Notes under the pieces: model-generated
What the model was told of the DNA's origin: nothing
The model's input: the letters and a program-made list of their open reading frames with translations, nothing else
Database searches by the model: none
Assembly (NCBI GenBank): GCA_965218585.1
Contig: CBDCLE010000003.1
Span: forward strand, 256,001-320,000
Length of the DNA stretch: 64,000 bases
Origin: Terriglobia bacterium
GTDB lineage: Bacteria; Acidobacteriota; Terriglobia; 20CM-2-55-15
Direction: 5' to 3'
Shown here: positions 51,185-63,682 of the stretch, in pieces
How positions within the stretch are numbered: position 1 is the stretch's first letter
Layout of the letters: each line of letters begins with the position of its first letter
Program-made: the position numbers and the translations under genes

Positions 51185-51418
51185 ATGAACCCGGCTGAGA
51201 AAGTTAAAGACTGGTCCCAACGGAGCACCCAATTCTACGGCGATGTCCGTGGTGAGATGAAGAAAGTCTCCTGGCCGGGCAGGGATGAAATCATAGGCAC
51301 GACTGTTGTCGTAATTATTGCCGTTTTCTTTTTTGGTGTGTATCTGGGCCTGGTCGATTATGTCCTGGGCTTGGGGCTTAACCGCGTTCTGGCCTATTTC
51401 GGAAGCGGAGGTTCGTAG
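51185..51418 (+). CDS. secE: Preprotein translocase subunit SecE
   Basis: EMKKVSWP motif followed by one TM helix. Confidence 0.95.
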   Translation: MNPAEKVKDWSQRSTQFYGDVRGEMKKVSWPGRDEIIGTTVVVIIAVFFFGVYLGLVDYVLGLGLNRVLAYFGSGGS

Positions 51419-51422
51419 TTCC

Positions 51423-51974
51423 TTGCCCAAGCTGTGGTACATCATTCACACCTATTCAGGGTTCGAGAGGAAGGTCGCCGAGAGCCTACGTTCGCGCGTG
51501 ACGGCTTTCGGTCTGGAAGAAGAAATCTGCAATGTCCTGATACCGACCGAGGAGGTCATTGAAGTCAAGGGCGGCAAGCGGGTCATTTCTCAGAAAATGT
51601 TCTATCCCGGCTACGTTCTCGTTGAGATGACGACAACGGATGGTGGCGGACCCAGCGACGAGGCCTGGCATCTGGTCAAGGACACCCCCCGGGTTACGGG
51701 TTTTGTGGGCTCCGGTTCATCACCGACGCCCTTGTCGGAAGAAGAAGTAAAACAGATTGTGTACAGGGTTGAGACGGCTGCAGCGGATCGACCCAAACCC
51801 AAGTTGACTTTCGAAAACGGCGAAGAGGTCAAGATCATCGACGGTCCCTTTAGCAGCTTCACAGGAATTGTTGACGAGGTGAACGACGATCGGAGCACGC
51901 TGAAAGTCATGGTCACGATATTCGGACGGGCGACGCCCGTGGAACTGGATTTCCTGCAGGTAGAGAAAGACTAG
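51423..51974 (+). CDS. nusG: Transcription termination/antitermination factor NusG
   Basis: [25 protein letters not shown] and [12 protein letters not shown] motifs; TTG start at 51423 after GGAGG. Confidence 0.96.
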   Translation: MPKLWYIIHTYSGFERKVAESLRSRVTAFGLEEEICNVLIPTEEVIEVKGGKRVISQKMFYPGYVLVEMTTTDGGGPSDEAWHLVKDTPRVTGFVGSGSSPTPLSEEEVKQIVYRVETAAADRPKPKLTFENGEEVKIIDGPFSSFTGIVDEVNDDRSTLKVMVTIFGRATPVELDFLQVEKD

Positions 51975-52000
51975 AAAGAGTAGAGAAGATTTAGAGAATT

Positions 52001-52435
52001 ATGGCGAAGAAAATCATCGGTCTCATCAAGCTTCAGATTCCCGCAGGAAAGGCGACGCCTGCTCCGCCGGTGGGTCCGGCACTCGGACAGCACGGCGTAG
52101 CGATCATGGATTTCTGCAAAGCTTTCAACGCCAAGACCTCGGAGAAGGATCAAGAAGGGTTGATCATTCCGGTCGTTATTACCGTGTACGCGGACCGTTC
52201 CTTCAGTTTCATCACCAAGACACCTCCTGTGGCCGTGCTGCTGAAGCGCTCGGCTGGGATAGCGAAGGGTTCCGGAGAACCGAACAAGGAGAAGGTCGGT
52301 CAGGTGACTGAAAAGCAGGTCGAGGAGATCGCCCGTACGAAGATGCCTGACCTTAACGCTGCGAGCATTGAGGCGGCTGTTCAAATTATTAAAGGGACAG
52401 CGCGGAGCATGGGTCTTGAGGTCGTAGGAGGCTAG
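52001..52435 (+). CDS. rplK: 50S ribosomal protein L11
   Basis: [13 protein letters not shown] and GTARSMG motifs. Confidence 0.98.
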   Translation: MAKKIIGLIKLQIPAGKATPAPPVGPALGQHGVAIMDFCKAFNAKTSEKDQEGLIIPVVITVYADRSFSFITKTPPVAVLLKRSAGIAKGSGEPNKEKVGQVTEKQVEEIARTKMPDLNAASIEAAVQIIKGTARSMGLEVVGG

Positions 52436-52438
52436 GAA

Positions 52439-53134
52439 ATGGCGAAGGCAACCAAGAACTACGGTAAGGCGGCCGAGCAGATCGAAGACCGGATGTATGT
52501 CATCGATGAGGCGATCGAGACCCTCCAGAAGATCAAGTTCGCGAAGTTTGACGAGACAGTCGAACTTCACATGAGGCTCGGGGTTGACCCCAAACATGCG
52601 GACCAAATGGTGCGTGGAACTGTCGTGTTGCCGAATGGGTTGGGCAAGTCCAAGACTGTTTGCGTTATCGCGTCAGGCGAAAAGATTAGAGAAGCAGAGC
52701 AAGCTGGTGCCGAGTTTGCGGGTGGAGACGATCTGGTCGAAAAGATCAAGGGTGGATGGCTTGAATTTGACGCCTGTATTTCGACACCGGACATGATGAA
52801 ATCCGTCGGTAAACTGGGTCGGGTTCTGGGTCCACGAGGTCTCATGCCAAACCCGAAAACGGGAACTGTGACTTTCGAAGTGGCGAAGGCTGTCGAAGAA
52901 GTCAAAGCTGGCAAGGTGGAATACCGAGTCGACAAGACCGGCGTCATCCACGCCCCTTTCGGTAAAGTTTCGTTCGACCATTCGAAGCTGGTTGAGAACG
53001 TACGTACTTTGACTGAATCCATTGTCAAAGCGCGTCCGACGACTCTGAAAGGCAAGTACGTCCGTCGCGTAACCGTGGCGACCACGATGAGTCCCGGCAT
53101 CGACATCGACCCGGCCTCAGTCGACGCCAAATGA
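52439..53134 (+). CDS. rplA: 50S ribosomal protein L1
   Basis: KFDETVE and [16 protein letters not shown] motifs. Confidence 0.98.
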   Translation: MAKATKNYGKAAEQIEDRMYVIDEAIETLQKIKFAKFDETVELHMRLGVDPKHADQMVRGTVVLPNGLGKSKTVCVIASGEKIREAEQAGAEFAGGDDLVEKIKGGWLEFDACISTPDMMKSVGKLGRVLGPRGLMPNPKTGTVTFEVAKAVEEVKAGKVEYRVDKTGVIHAPFGKVSFDHSKLVENVRTLTESIVKARPTTLKGKYVRRVTVATTMSPGIDIDPASVDAK

Positions 53135-53182
53135 ACGGATGAACTCAGCAATCACCCGTTACTTATTTCAGGCGAGGGAATT

Positions 53183-53716
53183 GTGAAATCGAGGAAAGAG
53201 AAAGAAGACGAAGTCCAACACTTGAAGAAAGAGTTCACCGAGGCGGAGAACCTCGTAGTCGTTCAGTTCAAAGGACTCAGCGTCGAGCAGGATACGGACC
53301 TTCGAAACAAGGTGCGCGAGGCGGACAGCAAGTACAGGGTCGTCAAGAACAGGCTGGCCAAGATTTCGGCCGACGGAACACCGGTCGAGGAGTTGGCGGC
53401 TTCATTCGACGGACCCACAGCGATCGCCTACAACTCGGGTGATCCCGTCGCTCTCGCTAAGGCGTTGTCAGCCTACGCGAAGGCGAATCCGGTTTTCGAG
53501 TTCAAGGCGGGCATGGTCGAAGGTCGTGTGGTCGAGATTTCAACCCTGGCCGAAATTGCTGCGATGCCTTCCCACGAAGAACTGATCGCGAAGGTGATGT
53601 ACCTGGTCAACGCACCGGCGCAGAGGATTGCAGTTGGCGTCAATGCCGTTGTTCGGAACCTTGCCGTCGCTTTGGGACAGGCCGTCGAACAGGAAAAATT
53701 TGGAGCGGATGCCTGA
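53183..53716 (+). CDS. rplJ: 50S ribosomal protein L10
   Basis: VVKNRL and GPTAIA motifs; position between rplA and rplL. Confidence 0.96.
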   Translation: MKSRKEKEDEVQHLKKEFTEAENLVVVQFKGLSVEQDTDLRNKVREADSKYRVVKNRLAKISADGTPVEELAASFDGPTAIAYNSGDPVALAKALSAYAKANPVFEFKAGMVEGRVVEISTLAEIAAMPSHEELIAKVMYLVNAPAQRIAVGVNAVVRNLAVALGQAVEQEKFGADA

Positions 53717-53813
53717 TTTCTCAAGAGCTATGAGGATCGTAGAGGCAAATTAATACTTTGGGAAACCGGGTTTTACCCTGAATTTCCCCGCATTCATCAA
53801 TCAGGAGAATCGC

Positions 53814-54194
53814 ATGTCGGACAAAGTAGCTAGCATCATCGAAGAGATCAAAGGCCTTTCGCTGCTGGAGGCTTCCGAGTTGGTTAAGGGAATCGAGGAA
53901 GCTTTCGGTGTCAGCGCGGCTGCGGCCGCTGTCGCAGTGGCTGGGGCTCCTGCCGCAGGCGGCGCGGCAGCGGAAGAAGAAAAGACTGAATTCGATGTCG
54001 TACTCACGGGCATCGGTGGCAACAAGATTGCCGTGATCAAGGTGGTACGAGAGCTGACAAGTCTGGGTCTCAAGGAAGCTAAGGACCTTGTGGAGGCTGC
54101 CCCGAAGGCGGTGAAAGAGGGCGTGAACAAGGACGAAGCTGAAGAGGCCAAGAAGAAGTTTGAAGAAGCTGGCGCATCAGTAGAAGTTAAGTAA
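53814..54194 (+). CDS. rplL: 50S ribosomal protein L7/L12
   Basis: EEKTEFDV and [21 protein letters not shown] motifs. Confidence 0.98.
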   Translation: MSDKVASIIEEIKGLSLLEASELVKGIEEAFGVSAAAAAVAVAGAPAAGGAAAEEEKTEFDVVLTGIGGNKIAVIKVVRELTSLGLKEAKDLVEAAPKAVKEGVNKDEAEEAKKKFEEAGASVEVK

Positions 54195-54307
54195 AGGCAG
54201 TAGAGCAAAGCCGGATCTGAAATCGGGCATCGATCGCGGGAGCATCCATCGGTTCGTTACCGACAGAATACCTTCCAACGAACGGTCGCGGGTCGCAGAA
54301 TTGGACT

Positions 54308-54356
54308 CACCGGGCCGCAGGGTGGAGTGCGCCCTGCTCCCGGTGCGTTGTCATTT
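54308..54356 (+). terminator. GC-rich hairpin (possible attenuator) in the rplL-rpoB spacer
   Basis: CACCGGG..GCAGGGTG / CGCCCTGC.CCCGGTG stem followed by a weak T tract. Confidence 0.45.
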
Positions 54357-54374
54357 CAGGAGTAAACACCACAA

Positions 54375-57300
54375 ATGGCAGACACTAACACGACGAACAC
54401 CCAGAGAGAGAGAATCAACTTTTCGAAGATCAAGACAGCGATCCAGATTCCAAATCTCATCGAGGTGCAGAAGAAGTCCTACGAGCGATTTCTTCAGATG
54501 AACATGCTGCCGGACGAGCGGGAAGATACCGGTCTGCAGGCTGTTTTCAATTCGGTTTTTCCGATATCAGATTTCCGGGGAGTGTCGACTCTTGAGTTCA
54601 TCAGTTACTCCATAGGGAATTGGGAGTGCAAGTGCGGGACGTTGAAGGGGCTCCATCATCTTCGTAGCACCTGCCGCTCCTGCGGCAGCATGATTACCAC
54701 GAATCCGTTTTCGGCGGACAGTACGGTAATGTGCCGGCACTGCGGTACTACGAACAAGAACCTGGTGACCTTCTGCCAGAAGTGCGGCGACCCTGTGCAG
54801 TTGAAACTCAAGTACGACACTAACGAGTGCCAGGCGCGCGGTATGACTTACTCGGCGCCCCTCAAAGTTACGATTCGGCTGACGATTTTCGAAAAGGATC
54901 CGGACACAGGCGCCAAGACGATCCGTGACATCAAGGAGCAAGAAGTCTATTTCGGAGAGATACCGTTGATGACCGAGAACGGTACGTTCATCATTAACGG
55001 TACCGAGCGTGTGATCGTCAGCCAATTGCACCGCAGTCCGGGTGTTTTCTTCGAATCGACATCGGCTCGCGATTACTTTCTCGGCAAGATCATCCCCTAC
55101 CGAGGTTCCTGGGTCGAGTTCGAATACGAAACTGCGAAGAACATTCTTTATGTCAGGATCGATCGGAAAAGAAAGTTCCTCGCCTCGATTTTCCTTCGGA
55201 CTCTCGGGCTGAAAAACGACGAAGAAATCATCCGCAACTTCTACACGATTGACACCATCAAGATCAGTAAAGAGAAGCTGCTCTGGAATTTTTCCCCGAC
55301 GATTCGCGGAATGCGGATGAGCAAAGAGATTCGGAATCCCAAGACGAAAGAACTGTTGGCTGGCGCGGGTAGAAAGATTACCCCATCGGTGTTGGCCAAC
55401 ATGAAACAAGCCAAGTTGAAGAATTTTGAAGTTACTGCCGAAGACCTTGAAGGAGGGTTCACGGCTGGGGACATTATCGATACCAACACGGGTGAGGTGA
55501 TCGTTGAGGCCAATAACGAATTGACCCCGACGATTATTCGGTCAGTGATGGATGCCGGTGTGCCAGAGATCTCTGTTTTCTTCCCTGAACGTGACGACAT
55601 CGGTATCGTTTTGAGCCAAACGATCAAGAAGGACACGATTAAGACGTCGGAAGAGGCTTTGATCGAAATCTACCGCAAGCTGCGACCTGGCGATCCGCCT
55701 ACGCTGGAGACAGCCACAAATCTGTTCCAAGGCATGTTCTTCGATGCTCGCAAATACGACTTTTCGCGGGTCGGCCGTCTCAAGTTCAACATCAAACTGG
55801 ACATGACGACTCCGCTCGAGAAGAGGATCCTGGAACCGGCCGACTTTTATGGTGTCATTGCCTACCTCCTGAAGTTGCGCAAGCCCATGGGTCAGGTGGA
55901 TGACATCGATCATCTCGGTAATCGGAGAGTCCGCGCGGTCGGGGAGTTGCTCGAGAACCAGTTCCGGATCGGACTCGTAAGAATGGAACGAGCGATCAAG
56001 GAAAAGATGTCGGTCTATCAGGAAATGATCACGGCGATGCCGCACGATTTGATCAATGCAAAGCCCGTGATCGCAGCGGTGCGTGAATTTTTTGGCTCAT
56101 CCCAGTTGTCCCAGTTCATGGACCAGACAAATCCGCTTTCCGAGATTACCCACAAGAGACGTCTCTCAGCCCTGGGTCCGGGCGGATTGTCACGGGAACG
56201 AGCGGGATTCGAAGTTCGAGACGTCCATCCCACGCACTACGGCCGGATATGTCCGATCGAGACTCCGGAAGGACCGAACATCGGATTGATCTCGTCGCTG
56301 AGTTGCTACGCGCGGATCAACGAGTTTGGTTTTATCGAAAGTCCGTATCGAAAGGTGAAAAAAGGGCGGGTCATAGATTACGTGACCATTCTTTCGGCCG
56401 GTGGCTCGAAACACGATGTCGGCTCTCACGTTGAACGGGAGGTCGTAGAGAAAGAGAACGAGTCGTTGAAGGGAAAGAAGAGAATCGAATTCGAACCTTA
56501 CTCGTTCTATCTCTCTGCATGGGAGGAAGACGAATACCTGATCGCCCAGGCCAACGTTGAAATGGATGCCAAGGGTCGCATGGTCAACGAACTGGTCAAC
56601 GTTCGGCAATCGGGCAACTTCGTTTTGAAACATCGTGAAGAAGTCGACTACGTAGACGTTTCTCCCAAGCAGTTGGTTTCAGTCGCTGCGTCGTTGATTC
56701 CTTTCCTGGAGAACGACGACGCCAACCGCGCCCTGATGGGATCGAACATGCAACGTCAGGCGGTGCCGTTGCTTCGTACCGACGCGCCGCTGGTGGGCAC
56801 CGGAATGGAAGAAATCACTGCACGCGACTCGGGCGCCGTCGTCGTCTGTCGCCGAAGCGGAGTCATCGATTCGGTCGATTCTGAACGGATCATCGTCCGG
56901 GTGGAAGGCGCTGAAGAGAGCTTTTTCTCCAGGGAGGTGGGTGCTGATATTTACTCCCTGACCAAGTTTAAACGTTCCAATCAGAATACGTGCATCAACC
57001 AGAAGCCGGTAATTCGGAGAGGAGACCGCGTTACTCAAGGGCAAGTACTCGCTGACGGACCGTGTACAGAGCAAGGCGAACTTGCCTTGGGACGAAACAT
57101 ACTGGTCGCCTTCATGCCGTGGCGGGGATACAACTTTGAGGATGCGATCCTGGTTTCCGAAAGGCTCGTCAAGGACGACTACTACACATCAATTCACATC
57201 GAAGAGTTCGATATCGAAGCGAGGGACACCAAGCTCGGACCGGAAGAGATAACGCGAGACATTCCAAACGTCAGTGAGTCCTTTCTCAATGACCTGGATG

Positions 57301-58658
57301 AGGCCGGAATTATCCGGATCGGTGCCTACGTCAAGCCGGGTGATGTGCTGGTCGGAAAGGTGACTCCGAAAGGAGAGACGCAACTCACGCCCGAGGAGAA
57401 ATTGCTGCGGGCGATATTCGGTGAGAAGGCCGGTGACGTGCGCGACGCTTCGCTTATCTGCCCTCCGGGTATCGAAGGCATCGTCGTCGACGTGAACATC
57501 TTTTCTCGAAAGGGCGCAGAAAAGGATGAAAGGGCTGTCTCGATCGAAGAGATCGAGTTGCTGCGCCTGGAGAAGAACCTCCGCGACGAGATCCGAATCT
57601 TGACGGACGAGAGAAACAAACGCCTGGAGCAAAGCCTTGGTGGCAAGACGACTTCGAATCAGTTGGTTCACGATCGGACCGGCCGGAAGATCATTGCAAA
57701 GAAGACCGTGTTGACTCGAGAAGTACTCGAAAACCTCTCTATGCGTGAACTTCTGAAGCTGAAATTTACAGATGGCTCCAATAACTCCAAGGAGATTCAG
57801 GAAATCGAAGGAATGACGACGCGTCAGATCGACGTGCTTCGAAAGGTTCATGAGGATCGTATCTCCAAGCTGAGGCGAGGCGACGAACTGCCTCCGGGAG
57901 TGATCAAGCTGGTCAAGGTTTATGTCGCGATGAAGCGAAAGCTTTCGGTCGGAGACAAGATGGCGGGCCGTCACGGGAACAAGGGTGTGATTGCGCGCAT
58001 CCTGCCTGAGGAAGACATGCCTTATCTGCCGGATGGCACACCGGTAGAGATCGTTTTGAATCCGCTGGGTGTACCGTCTCGAATGAACGTTGGACAGATT
58101 CTCGAGACGCACCTGGGGTGGGCTGCTCATGCCCTGGGTCTGCACTACGCGACACCGGTTTTCGACGGCGCCACGGAAGCCGAGATCAAGTCGGTGCTCG
58201 AGGACGCCAATTTGCCAACCAGCGGGAAGACACGACTTTACGACGGATTGTCGGGTGAACCGTTCGAGCAGGAAGTGACAGTGGGATACATCTATATGCT
58301 TAAGCTGTCCCACCTCGTTGACGACAAGATTCACGCGCGCTCGATCGGCCCCTACTCGTTGATTACTCAGCAGCCTCTGGGTGGTAAGGCTCAGTTTGGC
58401 GGACAGCGTTTCGGTGAAATGGAGGTTTGGGCTCTGGAGGCGTATGGCGCAGCTCACATACTCCAGGAACTGCTGACTTCTAAATCCGACGATGTCTTTG
58501 GACGTACAAAAATCTATGAGGCGATCGTCAAGGGTGAGGCAGCGATTGAACCTGGAATCCCAGAGTCCTTCAACGTGCTGATTAGAGAGCTCCAGAGCTT
58601 GTGTCTCGACGTCGAGTTGTTGAAGCGGAAACCGTCGAGTTCAGCGGGAAGTAATTGA
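54375..58658 (+). CDS. rpoB: DNA-directed RNA polymerase subunit beta
   Basis: [42 protein letters not shown] and GGQRFGEME motifs. Confidence 0.99.
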   Translation: MADTNTTNTQRERINFSKIKTAIQIPNLIEVQKKSYERFLQMNMLPDEREDTGLQAVFNSVFPISDFRGVSTLEFISYSIGNWECKCGTLKGLHHLRSTCRSCGSMITTNPFSADSTVMCRHCGTTNKNLVTFCQKCGDPVQLKLKYDTNECQARGMTYSAPLKVTIRLTIFEKDPDTGAKTIRDIKEQEVYFGEIPLMTENGTFIINGTERVIVSQLHRSPGVFFESTSARDYFLGKIIPYRGSWVEFEYETAKNILYVRIDRKRKFLASIFLRTLGLKNDEEIIRNFYTIDTIKISKEKLLWNFSPTIRGMRMSKEIRNPKTKELLAGAGRKITPSVLANMKQAKLKNFEVTAEDLEGGFTAGDIIDTNTGEVIVEANNELTPTIIRSVMDAGVPEISVFFPERDDIGIVLSQTIKKDTIKTSEEALIEIYRKLRPGDPPTLETATNLFQGMFFDARKYDFSRVGRLKFNIKLDMTTPLEKRILEPADFYGVIAYLLKLRKPMGQVDDIDHLGNRRVRAVGELLENQFRIGLVRMERAIKEKMSVYQEMITAMPHDLINAKPVIAAVREFFGSSQLSQFMDQTNPLSEITHKRRLSALGPGGLSRERAGFEVRDVHPTHYGRICPIETPEGPNIGLISSLSCYARINEFGFIESPYRKVKKGRVIDYVTILSAGGSKHDVGSHVEREVVEKENESLKGKKRIEFEPYSFYLSAWEEDEYLIAQANVEMDAKGRMVNELVNVRQSGNFVLKHREEVDYVDVSPKQLVSVAASLIPFLENDDANRALMGSNMQRQAVPLLRTDAPLVGTGMEEITARDSGAVVVCRRSGVIDSVDSERIIVRVEGAEESFFSREVGADIYSLTKFKRSNQNTCINQKPVIRRGDRVTQGQVLADGPCTEQGELALGRNILVAFMPWRGYNFEDAILVSERLVKDDYYTSIHIEEFDIEARDTKLGPEEITRDIPNVSESFLNDLDEAGIIRIGAYVKPGDVLVGKVTPKGETQLTPEEKLLRAIFGEKAGDVRDASLICPPGIEGIVVDVNIFSRKGAEKDERAVSIEEIELLRLEKNLRDEIRILTDERNKRLEQSLGGKTTSNQLVHDRTGRKIIAKKTVLTREVLENLSMRELLKLKFTDGSNNSKEIQEIEGMTTRQIDVLRKVHEDRISKLRRGDELPPGVIKLVKVYVAMKRKLSVGDKMAGRHGNKGVIARILPEEDMPYLPDGTPVEIVLNPLGVPSRMNVGQILETHLGWAAHALGLHYATPVFDGATEAEIKSVLEDANLPTSGKTRLYDGLSGEPFEQEVTVGYIYMLKLSHLVDDKIHARSIGPYSLITQQPLGGKAQFGGQRFGEMEVWALEAYGAAHILQELLTSKSDDVFGRTKIYEAIVKGEAAIEPGIPESFNVLIRELQSLCLDVELLKRKPSSSAGSN

Positions 58659-58734
58659 AGAAGCGTTTGTGAAATTCCGGTGCGGCGATGAGCCGCACGT
58701 CTGAGTCTGTTTCTCCTTCGAGGAGGTAATTGCT

Positions 58735-61700
58735 TTGATCAGATCCAATCCCTACGAGAGAGTGGCACCGATCGCCGACTTTGACAGCATACGGATTAGT
58801 CTCGCATCCCCGGAAAAAGTTCGATCATGGTCCCACGGTGAGGTGACCAAGCCCGAAACGATCAACTATCGGACCTTCAAACCCGAAAAGGACGGGCTGT
58901 TTTGTGCCCGCATCTTCGGTCCGGTAACTGATTGGGAGTGCTTGTGCGGCAAGTATAAGCGGATGAAGCACCGAGGCATTATCTGTGACAAGTGTGGTGT
59001 CGAAGTCACGCTTTCCAAAGTTCGGAGGGAGCGTCTGGGACACATCGAGCTTGCCAGTCCTTGCTCACACGTCTGGTTCTTCAAGGGACTTCCGAGCAGG
59101 ATTGGGCATCTCCTCGATATGTCGCTGCGGGAATTGGAACGGGTCCTCTACTTTGAGGCTTACGTAACAGTCGATCCGGGAGAAGCCCCCCTCAAGGAGT
59201 GCGAACTTCTGACCGAAGAGAAATTCCGGCAGATGCAACAGGAACACCCGGGTAAGTTCGTGGCAATGATGGGCGCAGAGGCCATCAAGGAACTGCTCAA
59301 GAGAGTCGACATCGCCACGCTGTCGGAGGAACTGCGGGTCAAGATGAAGCATGAGACTTCGCAGCAAAAGAAGATCAAGTTTGCGAAGCGACTGAAGGTT
59401 GTTGAAGCATTCGTCAAGTCCGGCAACAAACCGGAGTGGATGATCCTGGACGTTCTTCCGGTGATCCCGCCCGAGCTCAGACCGCTGGTTCCTCTGGATG
59501 GCGGGCGGTTTGCGACCTCCGATCTGAACGACCTCTATCGCAGAGTGATCAACCGAAACAACCGACTCAAGAAACTGATCGAGCTTCACGCGCCGGAAGT
59601 CATCGTTCGTAACGAGAAACGAATGCTGCAGGAGGCTGTTGACGCGCTCTTCGACAACGGGCGTCGCGGCCGTATCCTGCGGGGAGCGAACAACCGCCCC
59701 CTCAAGTCTCTTTCAGACACACTCAAAGGCAAGCAGGGACGGTTCCGGCAGAACCTGCTAGGGAAACGAGTCGATTACTCAGGTCGTTCCGTCATTGTGG
59801 TCGGCCCCGAACTGAAACTCCACCAGTGTGGTCTGCCCAAGAAGATGGCGCTAGAGCTGTTCAAGCCGTTTATTTACAACCGCTTGGAACAGGGCGGCCA
59901 CTGCACTACGGTGAAGGCAGCCAAGGAAATGGTTGAACGCTACGATCCAGTTGTGTGGGACATACTTGAGGATGTCATCAAGGAGCACCCTGTTTTGCTC
60001 AATCGTGCGCCCACGCTGCACCGGTTGGGAATTCAGGCCTTCGAGCCAGTCCTGGTTGAAGGGAAGGCCATCAAGATCCATCCGTTGGTATGTACAGCAT
60101 TCAATGCGGACTTTGACGGGGACCAGATGGCGGTTCACATTCCGCTGTCGCCGGAAGCACAGATCGAGGCATCAGTGCTGATGCTGTCAACGAACAATCT
60201 TCTGTCCCCGGCTAGCGGCCAACCGATCGCCGTTCCGACGCAGGACATGGTTCTGGGTGTCTACTACCTGACCCGTGCCAAAGAAGGCACACGCGGCGAA
60301 GGGCGCACGTTCGGTTCGGTTGAAGACGTCCTTATGGCGTATGAGGCCGGACAGGTGGAAACTCAATCGCCTATCCGGTTGAGATACACAGGCTCTCTTA
60401 TCGACATGACGACGGCCTATGACCCGCAGGCGATCGCCGCGGAAGCACTTGACGTCGAGAACCGGATGCTCGAAACCACGGTGGGCCGGGTGATCCTGTT
60501 CGATCACCTTCCCGAAGGCCTGCCCTTCGTCAACGGATTGTTGAAGAAGAAGGGACTTGGGCAGCTGGTCAGCTATACGCACTTGCGCCATGGGGCCGAA
60601 ATGACGGTGACCATGGTGGATCACGTCAAACAGCTTGGGTTTAACTACGCAACGAAAGCAGGAATTTCGATCGGCATCAACGATCTTATCGTTCCGCCGG
60701 GGAAAAGCGAATTCGTCAGTAACGCGCAGAAAGAAGTTGTTCGAGTGGATTCTCAGTACCGGGATGGAGCTATCACCAACGGTGAGCGTTACAACAAGGT
60801 GATCGCGATCTGGTCGGACGTCACCGAAAAGATATCCGACATGATGTTCAACGAAATGGAAACGACTGAACGACAGAGCCATGACTTCAATCCGATTCTT
60901 CTGATGGCCGACTCCGGAGCCCGGGGATCCAAGCAACAGATCCGGCAGCTTGCCGGAATGCGTGGCCTGATGGCGAAACCTTCCGGCGAGATCATCGAGA
61001 CTCCCATCACGGCGAACTTCCGCGAAGGTCTCCATGTGTTGCAGTACTTCATATCGACACACGGAGCGCGAAAGGGATTGGCCGATACGGCATTGAAGAC
61101 GGCCGATTCCGGATATCTGACACGCCGTCTTGTCGATGTGGCCCAGGATGTGATTGTCAGTGAAGACGACTGCGGCACGGTCGATGGGATTTTCGTCGGA
61201 TCGATCGTTGAGTCGGGTGAAATCATCGAGCCCCTGCGGGATCGCATTATCGGTCGTGTTTCGCTGGAAAGGGTCAAAGACTACGAAGGCAAAACGATAG
61301 TCGACGTCAACAACGAGATCACGGAGGACCTTGCCAGTTCTATTCAGGCCGCGGGCATCGAGCGCGTAAAGATCCGGTCTGTGCTGACGTGCGAGTCCCG
61401 CCGCGGCGTCTGTGTCCGGTGCTACGGTCGTAACTTGGCGACAGGTGATCTTGTCGAAATCGGCGAAGCGGTTGGTGTGATTGCAGCGCAGTCAATAGGT
61501 GAGCCCGGGACGCAGCTGACGATGAGAACTTTCCATATCGGCGGCACTGCCAGTCGCGTGTCCGAGCAGACGAACCTGGAAGCGAAGAACATGGGCATCG
61601 TCAAGTTCCATGACCTTCAAACGGTTCGTGACAAGTCAGGCTTCTTGATCGCGATGAACAGAAACGGTGTGCTCGCTATCGTCGATGAGAAAGGGCGAGA

Positions 61701-62910
61701 AAAAGAGCGCTACACGATCGTGTATGGTGCCCAGCTGAAAGTCGACGAGGACCAGGAAGTGGAAGAGGGTGCAGTGTTGGTTGAATGGGATCCATACACC
61801 TTTGCGATTCTGACAGAGTTTGGAGGAACAGTTCAGTTCAAGGACCTCGTCGAAGGCTTGACGATGCACGAGGAACTCGATGAGGTGACTGGACTGTCAC
61901 GCTGGGTTGTGACCGATTCTCCGGACGAGAAACGTCAGCCTACGCTCCAGATCCGAGACAAGAACAACAAGCTGCTGAGAAAGTACCTGATTCCTTCTCG
62001 GGCGCACCTCATTGTAGGTGACGGTGATCCCGTGCATCAGGGAGACGTGCTGGCGAAGATCCCTCGTGAAACCACGAAGACGAAAGACATTACCGGGGGA
62101 TTGCCCAGAGTTCAGGAATTGTTTGAAGCGCGTAAGCCGAAGGAGACGGCCGTCATTACAGAGATCGACGGCATGGTCAAGTACGGTGACATCACGAAGG
62201 GCCAACGTAAGATTTCTGTCGTTAACGAGGGAGGAGTGGAACGCGAATATTCACTACCTCGGGGCGTACACATCAACGTGCAGGAAGGCGAGTACGTTCG
62301 AGCGGGAGAGCCGCTGATGGACGGCCCTCGGAATCCTCACGACATTCTGGCCGTTCTTGGTGAAAAAGAACTGCAAGGTTACCTGGTGAACGAAGTTCAG
62401 GAGGTTTACCGGCTTCAGGGTGTCAACATCAACGACAAACACATCGAGGTCATCGTGCGTCAGATGATGAGATGGATCAAAGTCGAAGAGGTGGGAGATA
62501 CCAGTTTCCTGATTGACGAACAGGTGGACCGTTTCCGTTTCCAGGAAGAAAACGAACGTGTTCGTACGGGCGGAGGAGAGCCGGCGTCCGGTCGACCCTT
62601 GCTGTTGGGCATCACGAAGGCCTCTCTGGCGACGGATTCGTTTATATCGGCAGCCTCCTTCCAGGAGACGACCCGGGTGTTGACCGAAGCTTCGATCAGG
62701 GGAAAGGTGGACTATCTCCGGGGTCTGAAGGAGAACGTCATCATGGGTCGGCTGATCCCTGCCGGTACGGGGCTCGATTATTACCGAAACGTGTTTCTCG
62801 CTAACGAGGAAGAGCCCGAAGAGTTGCTTCTCGACGAGCTCGAAGTGCTTGATCAGCCAGATCGGCCACAAGATCAGACGGATTCGGGCGGGAAATCCGT
62901 CGCGACATAA
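58735..62910 (+). CDS. rpoC: DNA-directed RNA polymerase subunit beta prime
   Basis: NADFDGD catalytic motif, N-terminal zinc finger and [13 protein letters not shown]. Confidence 0.99.
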   Translation: MIRSNPYERVAPIADFDSIRISLASPEKVRSWSHGEVTKPETINYRTFKPEKDGLFCARIFGPVTDWECLCGKYKRMKHRGIICDKCGVEVTLSKVRRERLGHIELASPCSHVWFFKGLPSRIGHLLDMSLRELERVLYFEAYVTVDPGEAPLKECELLTEEKFRQMQQEHPGKFVAMMGAEAIKELLKRVDIATLSEELRVKMKHETSQQKKIKFAKRLKVVEAFVKSGNKPEWMILDVLPVIPPELRPLVPLDGGRFATSDLNDLYRRVINRNNRLKKLIELHAPEVIVRNEKRMLQEAVDALFDNGRRGRILRGANNRPLKSLSDTLKGKQGRFRQNLLGKRVDYSGRSVIVVGPELKLHQCGLPKKMALELFKPFIYNRLEQGGHCTTVKAAKEMVERYDPVVWDILEDVIKEHPVLLNRAPTLHRLGIQAFEPVLVEGKAIKIHPLVCTAFNADFDGDQMAVHIPLSPEAQIEASVLMLSTNNLLSPASGQPIAVPTQDMVLGVYYLTRAKEGTRGEGRTFGSVEDVLMAYEAGQVETQSPIRLRYTGSLIDMTTAYDPQAIAAEALDVENRMLETTVGRVILFDHLPEGLPFVNGLLKKKGLGQLVSYTHLRHGAEMTVTMVDHVKQLGFNYATKAGISIGINDLIVPPGKSEFVSNAQKEVVRVDSQYRDGAITNGERYNKVIAIWSDVTEKISDMMFNEMETTERQSHDFNPILLMADSGARGSKQQIRQLAGMRGLMAKPSGEIIETPITANFREGLHVLQYFISTHGARKGLADTALKTADSGYLTRRLVDVAQDVIVSEDDCGTVDGIFVGSIVESGEIIEPLRDRIIGRVSLERVKDYEGKTIVDVNNEITEDLASSIQAAGIERVKIRSVLTCESRRGVCVRCYGRNLATGDLVEIGEAVGVIAAQSIGEPGTQLTMRTFHIGGTASRVSEQTNLEAKNMGIVKFHDLQTVRDKSGFLIAMNRNGVLAIVDEKGREKERYTIVYGAQLKVDEDQEVEEGAVLVEWDPYTFAILTEFGGTVQFKDLVEGLTMHEELDEVTGLSRWVVTDSPDEKRQPTLQIRDKNNKLLRKYLIPSRAHLIVGDGDPVHQGDVLAKIPRETTKTKDITGGLPRVQELFEARKPKETAVITEIDGMVKYGDITKGQRKISVVNEGGVEREYSLPRGVHINVQEGEYVRAGEPLMDGPRNPHDILAVLGEKELQGYLVNEVQEVYRLQGVNINDKHIEVIVRQMMRWIKVEEVGDTSFLIDEQVDRFRFQEENERVRTGGGEPASGRPLLLGITKASLATDSFISAASFQETTRVLTEASIRGKVDYLRGLKENVIMGRLIPAGTGLDYYRNVFLANEEEPEELLLDELEVLDQPDRPQDQTDSGGKSVAT

Positions 62911-63085
62911 CGGTCCGGGCCCGTGTGTGTGTGGTGTAAGCTGTTATAAAAAAATAAGTTAGCTGTGATTCGGGTCCCGCTCGCCGGGGCCCTTTGATTG
63001 AAAGGGGTGGGCGGGGACGGGCTGGGGACCCCAGAGATGGCCTCGGGTATCTTCCGGTCTGCAAGTTTTTTTGGAAGTGCATGGA

Positions 63086-63115
63086 TTGACAAGCACTTAT
63101 CCAATCAAATACTAT
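63086..63115 (+). promoter_or_regulatory. Putative sigma70 promoter of the str operon
   Basis: TTGACA-N18-TACTAT upstream of rpsL. Confidence 0.65.
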
Positions 63116-63181
63116 TAATAACTTTCCCCTAAGGGTGGTTTTGCCACAGGGGGCGGCGAAGAGTTAAGGAGTTAAAGCCTC

Positions 63182-63556
63182 GTGCCAACGTTCAATCAGC
63201 TGGTTCGACAGGGCCGGAAGAAGCCAAAATTCAAGACGAGCAGTCCTGCACTACAGAATTGCCCGCAGAAGCGTGGTGTATGCACGCGCGTTTACACATC
63301 CACGCCGAAGAAGCCGAATTCAGCTTTGCGCAAGGTGGCCCGGGTCCGGTTGACGAATGGGATCGAGGTAACGACCTACATCCCTGGAATAGGGCACAAT
63401 CTTCAGGAGCACTCCATCGTTTTGATTCGCGGTGGCCGCGTAAAGGATTTACCAGGTGTTCGATACCACGTTGTCCGTGGCACATTGGACGCTGCGGGTG
63501 TGACAGGCCGCAAGCAGTCGCGTTCGAAATACGGGGCGAAACGACCGAAGGCTTAA
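63182..63556 (+). CDS. rpsL: 30S ribosomal protein S12
   Basis: [10 protein letters not shown] and [10 protein letters not shown] motifs. Confidence 0.99.
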   Translation: MPTFNQLVRQGRKKPKFKTSSPALQNCPQKRGVCTRVYTSTPKKPNSALRKVARVRLTNGIEVTTYIPGIGHNLQEHSIVLIRGGRVKDLPGVRYHVVRGTLDAAGVTGRKQSRSKYGAKRPKA

Positions 63557-63570
63557 GACTGCCAAGGTAA

Positions 63571-63673
63571 GGGGCCTGCTACCAGGATCTACTCCTGGCT
63601 ATAGGTCCCTCATGATTCGTCAATAAAGTTTGCCGAAAGGCAGCGACTTCCTGAATTTTGAGGAAGTCGTTTT
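63571..63673 (+). promoter_or_regulatory. Structured rpsL-rpsG intercistronic RNA
   Basis: Three hairpins: 63571-63609, TGCC-GAAA-GGCA at 63631-63642, and CGACTTCCT/AGGAAGTCG at 63644-63669 followed by TTTT. Confidence 0.6.
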
Positions 63674-63682
63674 GAGGTTTGT

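Noticed and set aside
57189-58457. 422-aa antisense ORF inside rpoB (and similar ORFs in rpoC and tuf)
   Set aside because: Expected antisense shadow frames of GC-rich, codon-biased genes.
62937-62965. AT-rich TAAGCTGTTATAAAAAAATAAGTTAG tract as a dif, att or IHF site
   Set aside because: No convincing XerC/XerD arms, no integrase and no second copy; the IHF resemblance is too loose.
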